Shown here piece by piece: positions 18,731 through 26,679 of a DNA stretch of 56,090 nucleotides (positions are counted from its first letter, which is position 1; each line of letters begins with the position of its first letter). The notes under the pieces were generated by a model, which made no database searches, was not told where the DNA came from, and worked only from the letters and a program-made list of their open reading frames with translations. The translations under genes and the position numbers were made by a program. This DNA is from an uncultured Mariniphaga sp. (lineage in GTDB: Bacteria > Bacteroidota > Bacteroidia > Bacteroidales > Prolixibacteraceae), in NCBI GenBank assembly GCA_964639655.1, contig CAZXHP010000005.1, positions 1,815-57,904 on the forward strand, in the 5' to 3' direction.

Positions 18731-19648
18731 TTAATCGCCTGATTCAAAAACGGCATACTGAGGTAAATGATCGCTCAGCGCAAATGAATCCGGATTGGAC
18801 GGATCGGTGCGAAATGCCCCTTCGAACAAAGGTCGTGATTCAGAAATTTTATTTGTAATTGGACCATGAGCCAGTATATAGTCGATTCTTTTACCCGGTT
18901 CATCTGCTCTGATAGTAAAGCCTTCTCCTTTACCAACTTTAGCAAACGTATCCACCCATCCGGCATTAATCCACTCTGTGTATTCGGGCATTTCGGGCGT
19001 ATGGTTCAAATCGCCGATTACTAATACAGATTTATTGTCGTTAATGTCCTCTTCGGCTGAATCAAGAATTTTCGAAATCTCACGCCATCTGATTTCCCTT
19101 GATTCCTGATTATCAAAAGGGAAAAGATGAACCGAGTGTGTAACAATCACCTCGCCACTGTGTCGCCGGAGCGTGGCTTTTCCCCAATGTCTGGTAAACA
19201 AGTCGTCCGGCCTGTTTCCGTTAATAATCGGAACATTGGCCGAATCGATAATCTCAAAGCGGGTCAGGATTGCACCCGGCCAGTTTCCGGCACTGGGAAA
19301 CCAGGCATAGTTCATCCCAAGTTGTTTGGCAATTTTTTTGACTGTTTCCTCGTCCGGCGATTCAGAAAAATTGATAATGTCGGGTTCGTACTGTGCCAGC
19401 TCCTGTGCCAGTAAATCCGGTATCTGGCTTTTTTCTGTCACCTTGTCGGCTGGCCAGCCGGCACATTTGTAAACATTGTAGGCAATTACCCGAAGATCGT
19501 TTCGCTTTGTTGAACCGGAGAAACATGAATAAAGTCCCGATAAACTTATACCAGTCGTTGCAATAACAGATTTCCCCAGAAATTCACGCCTTGAAAACGC
19601 ACTTTGTAAAAGTGGCTTTGAATTTGTCTTTTTTTGATTTTTAGTCAT
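18731..19648 (-). CDS. EEP family protein with Tat signal
   Basis: SRREFLG twin-arginine signal followed by LYSC (possible Tat lipoprotein). Motifs AYNV, NFSE, SVHL, IGDLN, RIDYI, LSDH. Confidence 0.87.
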   Translation of the reverse strand: MTKNQKKTNSKPLLQSAFSRREFLGKSVIATTGISLSGLYSCFSGSTKRNDLRVIAYNVYKCAGWPADKVTEKSQIPDLLAQELAQYEPDIINFSESPDEETVKKIAKQLGMNYAWFPSAGNWPGAILTRFEIIDSANVPIINGNRPDDLFTRHWGKATLRRHSGEVIVTHSVHLFPFDNQESREIRWREISKILDSAEEDINDNKSVLVIGDLNHTPEMPEYTEWINAGWVDTFAKVGKGEGFTIRADEPGKRIDYILAHGPITNKISESRPLFEGAFRTDPSNPDSFALSDHLPQYAVFESGD

Positions 19649-19665
19649 TCTACTTTATTTACAGT

Positions 19666-19703
19666 TTGCAGAACAGGCATTACTATTAATACCCATTCTG
19701 CAA
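19666..19703. other. Intercistronic stem-loop downstream of susD
   Basis: TTGCAGAA (19666-19673) and TTCTGCAA (19696-19703) form an inverted repeat with a partly paired interior. Possible mRNA stabiliser or partial terminator. Confidence 0.4.
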
Positions 19704-19713
19704 CTATTGATTT

Positions 19714-21384
19714 TTACCACCCCGGATTCTGAACCAACTTCGTATTTGTTTGCAGTTCAACAGGATATATAGGCCATAAATAGTGCTGACCGGGATTAAA
19801 AACCATTGTTTCAACAACCCGCATTATATCTTTATTCGGAATATTGGAATAGTCGGGTATTGTGTTTTCATCGATAACAGGTGGTTCCGACAGAAATTCG
19901 ACCTTACTGTTACCATACCTCGGTCCGTTCAATACCTGTTCTGCTATGCGCCAGCGTCTGATATCGATCAGTCTCCGGCCCTCCATAGCAAGTTCTACTT
20001 TTCTTTCCCTCCTGACTACAGAACGGAGATACGCCTGCGTGCTGCTACGCGGCACCGCCGGCATTCCCACGCGTTCCCTCACTGCATCGAGCGCCTCGTA
20101 AACCGAATCGTCAATGTCGTTTGCCTCAATTTTTGCTTCTGCATAGATGAGCAATAATTCAGCATATCGCATGAGTGTAATATTCATCTCACAGTTCTGG
20201 GTGTCGTCCAAATCCCTGATATCGGTCCATTTTCGCCAAAGATAGTTTGTAAATGTAGCGAAGGCATTGGTTGCATCGGTATTGTTGATACGGACAGGGG
20301 GGCTCGCGTTATAATTCCAAATTCTTAAACTGTCGGGGTGTGTTTCAAACTGAAACCCCAGATAAACCGTTCCGGGAATAGCAACGCTCATGTGTAACCG
20401 GGGATCCCGGTTTTCATAAGGATTTTGTGGATTGAACAGAGGGGATTTGTCGATGGTCAAACCATCAATGCACTCATAAGAATCGACAAAAGGTTGTGTC
20501 GGAACTTCATTGGAAACCCCTGCTGCAAGCCTCGATGCCAGATAGCGATGATTATCGTGAGTGTGTACTCCTTTTAAATATTGCATGGCAAATATTATTT
20601 CCCTGGATTCTTCCCCGTCGTAGGTAAAAAGTTCGGCATAATCGGGATGTAGCTGATAATGACCTAAATCCATAGCCGCTTTGGCGGCCTGTGAAGCAAC
20701 CGTCCAGTTGTTGTTGCACAAAGCAGTATAGGCTTTCAGAAAATAAGCCGCCACACTTGTTGCACGCCCGGTGACGTTGCCATCGTGATACACGGGCAAA
20801 TGCGGAACAATCTCATCCATTTCGTCCAAAATCCAATCTACAATTACATTTTTCGGCGTTCTTTCCATCTCGGCTTCTTCGAGGGTTATACTCCCGGTAA
20901 TCAAAGGGACATCGCCAAACAACTCCGTAAGGTAAAAATAACTGTACGCCCTTATAAACCGTGCCTCCCCGATAACCTGGTTTAGGTAATCCGTAGCAAC
21001 AACCTCTTCTGCGTTATGGATATTGTCGAGCAAAAAATTTGTTCGTGCAATCACTGCATAAAAATCCCTCCACGCATTTCTGCAGGAAAGATTCTCACTG
21101 GTTGCTGTTCCGTTTCCCAAAGTTTGCATCTGATTGGCACTGCGGTTCCAGCTTATGTCTGTTATATTGTCTAACATGACTATCCACGGACGTGAGCCGG
21201 TGAGGCCAATTCTGTTTACAATTCTTTCATAACATCCGAACAACCCCATATCAACTTCAGTTCTGTTGTTGTAGAAGGATGCAGAGGAAGGACTATCCAG
21301 GGGGGTTTTGTCTAAAATGTCTTCACAGCTTACAACTGTCAACAGACAAATCAGCAACAAACTATAATAAATTTTTGTCTTCAT
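19714..21384 (-). CDS. susD: RagB/SusD family nutrient-binding lipoprotein
   Basis: VSC-EDILDKTP, GEARFIRAYSYFYLTELFGDVP, RDPRL, MRYAELLLIYAEA, ERKVELAMEG and LVQNPGW. Confidence 0.95.
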   Translation of the reverse strand: MKTKIYYSLLLICLLTVVSCEDILDKTPLDSPSSASFYNNRTEVDMGLFGCYERIVNRIGLTGSRPWIVMLDNITDISWNRSANQMQTLGNGTATSENLSCRNAWRDFYAVIARTNFLLDNIHNAEEVVATDYLNQVIGEARFIRAYSYFYLTELFGDVPLITGSITLEEAEMERTPKNVIVDWILDEMDEIVPHLPVYHDGNVTGRATSVAAYFLKAYTALCNNNWTVASQAAKAAMDLGHYQLHPDYAELFTYDGEESREIIFAMQYLKGVHTHDNHRYLASRLAAGVSNEVPTQPFVDSYECIDGLTIDKSPLFNPQNPYENRDPRLHMSVAIPGTVYLGFQFETHPDSLRIWNYNASPPVRINNTDATNAFATFTNYLWRKWTDIRDLDDTQNCEMNITLMRYAELLLIYAEAKIEANDIDDSVYEALDAVRERVGMPAVPRSSTQAYLRSVVRRERKVELAMEGRRLIDIRRWRIAEQVLNGPRYGNSKVEFLSEPPVIDENTIPDYSNIPNKDIMRVVETMVFNPGQHYLWPIYPVELQTNTKLVQNPGW

Positions 21385-21405
21385 CTTTTTTGTTTTGTTT
21401 AAATA

Positions 21406-24400
21406 TTAAAATTTAACATCTACACCGAGGCTGAAAATTTTAACCTGGGGATAATTTGTTCCCGTACCCACGGGTGTTTCCACATCGTACCCATGCCAGA
21501 AATTATCCAGGGTAAACAGGTTCTGCCCGTTTATATAAAAACGAAGCTGATCGATATTCATCGCGTTGATAATTTTCGATGGGATATTATATCCCAGTTG
21601 AATATTTTTCAACCTTAAATAAGAAGCATCTTTCATCCAGAAACTGGAGTGTTGATAATTGTTTCCCGAATCGCCCCATGTCAACCTGGGAAATGCGGCA
21701 TTCCGGTTGTCTGTAGTCCAATAGTCTTTGTGGACTTCATAGGCCGATGCCCCACTATAGAAGGGCTGAATTGCCCTTCCGTGCAAATAGCCATCGGCTG
21801 TCCCAACTCCCTGCAAAAAAGTATTAAAAGTGAAATTTTTATACGAAGCATTAATATTTAAACCATAAGTATAGCGTGGAATGGTGCTGCCTATTATCAC
21901 ATAGTCATCGGCATTGATCATGTTGTCCACATCCGGGTTCTGGTTGACATACCGTATATCACCGGGAGCCAGAACCCCAATCTGTGATGCGTGGGAATCA
22001 ATTTCATCCTGCGACTGGAAATATCCGTCCGCCTGCAAAGCATAAATCGAATTAATCGGATAACCTTCCCTGCTTACCAATAGTCCTGTTTGACTTACTC
22101 CCCTTAAATCCAGTACTTCGTTTTTAACATCCGACAGGCTCAAATCAATTCCATATTTTAACTCGCCGATATTTCCCCTGTAATTTACACCGATATCCCA
22201 ACCTCTGTTCCTCACTTCGCCTGCATTTTGTGTTGGCGCATTCAGCCCTATGGTAGAAGGGATATCCAGGTTAAGGAGGATATCATACGTAATTTTATCG
22301 TACCAGTCGAAGTTGAACGTCAGGTTATTGAATATCATAATGTCTAACCCAATGTTGGTCATTTCCGAAGTTTCCCAGGAAATCAGTAGATTGCTCATAT
22401 CGTTTAAAGCTGCAATGGGTACGATTTGTCCGCCCATTGAATAGGAACCAAGGCTCAAAGTCGATGCAAAAGGATATGTCCCGATATTCTGATTGCCGAG
22501 CCGGCCCCATGAAGCCCTGAGCATTAAGTTCCTGATGGTATTATTTATTCCTTCCATAAAGTTTTCACCGGAAATACGCCAGCCAGCCGAAACAGATGGG
22601 AAGAAGCCATATTTGTGCCCTTTGGCAAAACGTGAAGAACCATCATAACGTGCATTAACTTCGAGCAGGTATTTTGAGTCATAGTCGTAATTAAACCTTC
22701 CGAAGAACGATTGCAATGCCCATTCCGAAGCTGTTCCGCTGGCCTGCATGTTTTCCTGCGACCCTGCATCGAGCACACGGTATTCCGGGAATGTAAAATC
22801 ATCACGGAAAGCCCTGAAATTACGGGTATGGAACGTTTCCAGCGAAGAACCAAGCAACAACTTCAATTCATGCTTGTTAAAAATCTGGTTGGCTGTCAGC
22901 GACGCATAATAATTTCCGTACAACGAACGAATACTCCGGTTGGCCAGTGTACTTTTTTCGGGTCTTGTAAACAAAGGAGTCCCGTCGAAATGATAGGTTG
23001 TGATCGCTTTATTATAGTTATCGTTATACAGTTCATTGAACTTGGGTGCTGCCAGTAGTTCTGCGCTGAGCCATTTTAACGGTTGATAATTAACCATAAA
23101 ACTACCAAGCAAACTGGTATGTTCTTCTACCTGGGAACCTCCATCCTTGCCGGCAAAAGCGATAGGGTTATTCCCGTTCCATCCTTCTCCATATAAACCG
23201 TTGGAATATACCCCAGGCTGAATGGCAGGAATACGGTTCATTTGCAGGAAAACTTCCGACAGTCCCCCTCCCGGAGCAGTAGTATTTTTCTTAATATACT
23301 GAACATCAAATTTCATCTGTAGTTTATCGTTGAAAATGATGTCGGCATTATTCCGAAATGAATACCTCTCATAGCCTGAAACTTCGATGATCCCTTTTTG
23401 GTCGAGGTACCCGAGCGAAGTTAAAAAACGGAATTTTTCTCCACCCGCATTAACAGTAAAGTTATGGTTGTGCATAACGCCTGATCCGGTCAAAATTCCC
23501 TTTTGCCAGTCAGTGTTCGGATAATTGTCCGGATCGGAATCCATGTTCTGCCGGTATTCCTCTATAAAACCTTCAGAAAATAAAGGTGAAGCACCCGAAT
23601 TTACATGCGCCAAATTGATCATCTCCATATGGTCGATGGCATCGACTTTATTGGGTAAATTTGTAGGACTTTGAAAACCGACATAGGCATTATAACCCAC
23701 CTTAAGCTCATCGGTCCTGGCCCGTTTGGTGGTGACAAGTATAACACCGTTAGCCGCACGCGATCCATAAATCGCAGACGAAGCGGCATCTTTCAGTACA
23801 GTTATCGCGTCAATCATATTGGGGTCAATTACATTCAGGTCGCCCTCTACCCCGTCAATTAAAATGAGAGGGTTGGAATTGTTTAGTGTTCCAATACCCC
23901 TGACTCTTATGGTACCGCTACTTCCAGGGGCGCCGGATGAGGTAGTGACGGTTACTCCCGGAGACACACCCTGCAAGGCGACCGATGTAGAAGCAAACGG
24001 TCTGGAGCTTAAATCTTCGGGCGTAATTAAAGCAACAGACCCGGTGAGATTCGCTCTTCTTTGCGTGCCGTAACCCACAGCAACAACCTCTTCCAAACCT
24101 ATTGTTTCTTCCTCCATTGTTACATTAATTGTTGTGCGGCTTTCCACAACAGCTTCCTGTGTTCGCATCCCTACAAATGAAAATACCAGTGTGGCATCCT
24201 CAGGGATACCGGTGAGAGAGTATTCTCCGTCGGCATCGGTAACTGTACCTTGTGCCGTACCTTTTAAAACGACTGTGACGCCCGGCAGCGGCTGCCCACC
24301 GGAATCGGTTACTTTTCCGGAAACGCTTTGTTGCTGCGCGGTTGCACTCTGCATAACCTGTTCAGACTCCATGGATTCTGTGCGATTATCAGATGCAAAA

Positions 24401-24504
24401 ACGCCCAAAACTGAAATGCACAAAATACAGGCGGTAAGTTCCAGCTTTTTTAAGCTTTTTTGTATCCATGGCCTACAGTCATGGAATAACCACAAATTGT
24501 TCAT
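21406..24504 (-). CDS. susC: SusC/RagA TonB-dependent transporter
   Basis: VSGKVTDSGGQPLPGV, EEVVAVGYGTQ, VLKDAASSAIYGSRAANGVILVTTK, RYDGSSRF, FFPSVSAGW and a C-terminal F. Confidence 0.96.
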   Translation of the reverse strand: MNNLWLFHDCRPWIQKSLKKLELTACILCISVLGVFASDNRTESMESEQVMQSATAQQQSVSGKVTDSGGQPLPGVTVVLKGTAQGTVTDADGEYSLTGIPEDATLVFSFVGMRTQEAVVESRTTINVTMEEETIGLEEVVAVGYGTQRRANLTGSVALITPEDLSSRPFASTSVALQGVSPGVTVTTSSGAPGSSGTIRVRGIGTLNNSNPLILIDGVEGDLNVIDPNMIDAITVLKDAASSAIYGSRAANGVILVTTKRARTDELKVGYNAYVGFQSPTNLPNKVDAIDHMEMINLAHVNSGASPLFSEGFIEEYRQNMDSDPDNYPNTDWQKGILTGSGVMHNHNFTVNAGGEKFRFLTSLGYLDQKGIIEVSGYERYSFRNNADIIFNDKLQMKFDVQYIKKNTTAPGGGLSEVFLQMNRIPAIQPGVYSNGLYGEGWNGNNPIAFAGKDGGSQVEEHTSLLGSFMVNYQPLKWLSAELLAAPKFNELYNDNYNKAITTYHFDGTPLFTRPEKSTLANRSIRSLYGNYYASLTANQIFNKHELKLLLGSSLETFHTRNFRAFRDDFTFPEYRVLDAGSQENMQASGTASEWALQSFFGRFNYDYDSKYLLEVNARYDGSSRFAKGHKYGFFPSVSAGWRISGENFMEGINNTIRNLMLRASWGRLGNQNIGTYPFASTLSLGSYSMGGQIVPIAALNDMSNLLISWETSEMTNIGLDIMIFNNLTFNFDWYDKITYDILLNLDIPSTIGLNAPTQNAGEVRNRGWDIGVNYRGNIGELKYGIDLSLSDVKNEVLDLRGVSQTGLLVSREGYPINSIYALQADGYFQSQDEIDSHASQIGVLAPGDIRYVNQNPDVDNMINADDYVIIGSTIPRYTYGLNINASYKNFTFNTFLQGVGTADGYLHGRAIQPFYSGASAYEVHKDYWTTDNRNAAFPRLTWGDSGNNYQHSSFWMKDASYLRLKNIQLGYNIPSKIINAMNIDQLRFYINGQNLFTLDNFWHGYDVETPVGTGTNYPQVKIFSLGVDVKF

Positions 24505-24547
24505 AAATTTACATTTTTAAGTTATTAAATCATTTGATAACGAATTC

Positions 24548-24592
24548 GGAAGGGGATAGAAATGCTTTAAACGCTATCCCTTTCCCTTTTTT
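24548..24592 (+). terminator. Intrinsic-terminator-like hairpin with plus-strand polarity (antisense to the locus)
   Basis: GGAAGGGGATAG (24548-24559) pairs with CTATCCCTTTCC (24574-24585): 12 bp including one G-U on the plus strand, followed by CTTTTTT. On the minus strand the stem has an A-C mismatch and no U-tract. Confidence 0.6.
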
Positions 24593-24691
24593 AATCTGAA
24601 TGTTGTAATTTAAATACATACCCCAATTTTTATTTGTCCTTTAACCAGTAAGTGACTTTTGTTCACATCTGTAATGATTCTCGTCGGCATT

Positions 24692-25600
24692 CTAATGGGA
24701 ACGTACAACAGACCATACTTCTACAGGTAAATCCGATTCGATGATATCGGGATTTTTACTTAACTCCTCTTTGTAAGCATTCTGCCGTTCATTTGCAGCA
24801 GGTAACTTGTCGTGTGTCGGGGCAAACGAAACCATGCACCTGACGCCCCGCTCATGCAGCTTTTCAACAATTTCCCTGTTATTGTCATTGATGGTGTGCC
24901 CCACATAAGCGATCATATTCCGCCAGGGGACCCCCGAGATGGATATATCGTGGAATTCTTTGGCATTGCGTGCAAAAACCGAAAGCATAACGCCCGGTAA
25001 CCGGTCATAATAGTACCTGGCCTGGGCGCCCGTGTGTACGGTAAGCATTACGTGGTTTTCAGCCTGGTGGTTTTTTATTAGATCGGCAATCATCTTCATG
25101 GGAACATCTTTTTTGTCCAGATTAATTACGGTTTTTCCTTCGCTCCAGAGAATGACTTCTTCGAGTGTGGGTATTTTAAAGGATGTAGGATTCCCGTCGC
25201 TGTCCTTTAACTGAAACGACTGAAGCTCTTCCCATGTATAATCGGCTAATTTCCCTTTCCCTGTTGTGGTGCGGTCAATGGTAGCATCGTGCATCAGAAC
25301 GACAACGCTGTCTTTCGTCAAACGTGGGTCAATTTCAAAAAATGCAGGCATCCGCTTCAGAACATCCTCCATCACTTCAATACTGTTTTCAGGAAAATTT
25401 CTTTCGCGTCCGCCCCGGTGTCCGCTTATTATAATAGCTCCGTCTTCCCTGTATTCAAAATAACTTTGAAGTTCGGAAGAGTTTTTAAAATTTAAAAAGT
25501 TCCCTTTGGGTTCTCCGGCAAGTGTTCTGCATTCAGGTAATGAAAGAAGACTCAAAAGGGTTATTGCTAAAAATATATTGTACGCCAATTTATCGAACAT
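24692..25600 (-). CDS. Glycerophosphodiester phosphodiesterase (GDPD/GlpQ-UgpQ family), exported
   Basis: SGHRGG, FPENS, FEIDPRLTKD, VLMHDATIDRTT and IPTLEE. N-terminal hydrophobic signal. Confidence 0.9.
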   Translation of the reverse strand: MFDKLAYNIFLAITLLSLLSLPECRTLAGEPKGNFLNFKNSSELQSYFEYREDGAIIISGHRGGRERNFPENSIEVMEDVLKRMPAFFEIDPRLTKDSVVVLMHDATIDRTTTGKGKLADYTWEELQSFQLKDSDGNPTSFKIPTLEEVILWSEGKTVINLDKKDVPMKMIADLIKNHQAENHVMLTVHTGAQARYYYDRLPGVMLSVFARNAKEFHDISISGVPWRNMIAYVGHTINDNNREIVEKLHERGVRCMVSFAPTHDKLPAANERQNAYKEELSKNPDIIESDLPVEVWSVVRSH

Positions 25601-25721
25601 CGCCTTTTTATTTTCTTTTTCTATCTTTTTTTTGCAAATTTCAAATTATATTCATGCAATAATAGATAAAAGAAAATTAAAAAACAACAAAATGAGTATC
25701 ATTTTTTATATAAAAATACAA

Positions 25722-25742
25722 AAAAGATATAAAACGAAACAA
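25722..25742. promoter_or_regulatory. Candidate DeoR-family operator upstream of the GDPD/susC operon
   Basis: AAAAGATA and AAACGAAA repeat with a 10-bp period. Contains TAAAACGAAACAA, identical to 3298-3310. Confidence 0.5.
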
Positions 25743-25835
25743 AATATTAATCGAATTTTAATCATTTTTGAACAATGACAGGCTAAAATAGGAAAAATTA
25801 ATTGAGGTACACATTAGCATAACAATTTAAAAACA

Positions 25836-25843
25836 TATATTTG
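25836..25843 (+). promoter_or_regulatory. -7 element (TATATTTG) of the deoR promoter
   Basis: TAnnTTTG consensus about 50 bp upstream of the deoR ATG. Confidence 0.6.
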
Positions 25844-25870
25844 TAACAAAAAAATAACTATTTCGCTACA

Positions 25871-25888
25871 AAACGATAACAAACGATA
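25871..25888. promoter_or_regulatory. Candidate autoregulatory operator (direct repeat)
   Basis: AAACGATA at 25871 and 25881 (10-bp period), between the promoter and the deoR start. Confidence 0.5.
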
Positions 25889-25892
25889 GATT

Positions 25893-26657
25893 ATGTTGAG
25901 CATTGCAGAAAGGCATAAGTATATTTTGGATGCCTTAAATAAAAATGGTTTTATAAAAGTATCGGATATTGCCAAAGAACTGGATGTTACACCGGTAACA
26001 GTCAGAAAAGATCTGAAAAATCTTGAACGTAAAAAACTGTTGTACCGAACGCATGGAAGTGCAAGCCCTGTAAATCCGTACACTTCCGATATCGATTTGC
26101 AGGAAAAGGAAAAGATGCGAACCACGGAAAAAAAACGAATAGCCTCGGCTGCGTGTAAATTGATTGAAAACAACGATACCATCATTCTGGCAGCCGGCTC
26201 CACCGTTCACACTTTTGCCCAGGAACTGAAACCCGGAAATGCTTTAACAGTTGTGAGCTCCTCGCTTAAAACCTCTTTGGTGCTCAACAGTATAAACAAT
26301 ATCGAGGTGATACAACTGGGAGGTTTCGTTCGCAAAAATTCATTTTCGGTGGTTGGCGATTTTGCCGAACAATTATTCAGCAATATCTCCTGTTCCAAAT
26401 TATTTTTGGGTGTAGATGGAATAGATATTGAATATGGAGTCACCAATTCGAACATTGAGGAAGCCATGTTAAATAAAAGAATGATGGAAGCTGCCCACCG
26501 AACGATTATTTTAACCGATTCGTCGAAGTTTGGGCGAAGAGGGTTTGGGAGAATTTGCAACCTTGAAAAGATTGACGTGATAATCACTGATTCAGGTCTC
26601 CCCGAGAAAACGGCAAGTGCCGTCGAAGAACTCGGGGTAGATCTGATTATCGTATAG
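25893..26657 (+). CDS. DeoR/GlpR/AgaR family transcriptional regulator
   Basis: N-terminal HTH (VTPVTVRKDLKNLE...RTHGSA), EKKRIA, LAAGST, KLFLGVDG, DSSKFG and VIITDS. Confidence 0.95.
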   Translation: MLSIAERHKYILDALNKNGFIKVSDIAKELDVTPVTVRKDLKNLERKKLLYRTHGSASPVNPYTSDIDLQEKEKMRTTEKKRIASAACKLIENNDTIILAAGSTVHTFAQELKPGNALTVVSSSLKTSLVLNSINNIEVIQLGGFVRKNSFSVVGDFAEQLFSNISCSKLFLGVDGIDIEYGVTNSNIEEAMLNKRMMEAAHRTIILTDSSKFGRRGFGRICNLEKIDVIITDSGLPEKTASAVEELGVDLIIV

Positions 26658-26679
26658 GGAAACTTTTATTCTTTTTGTT

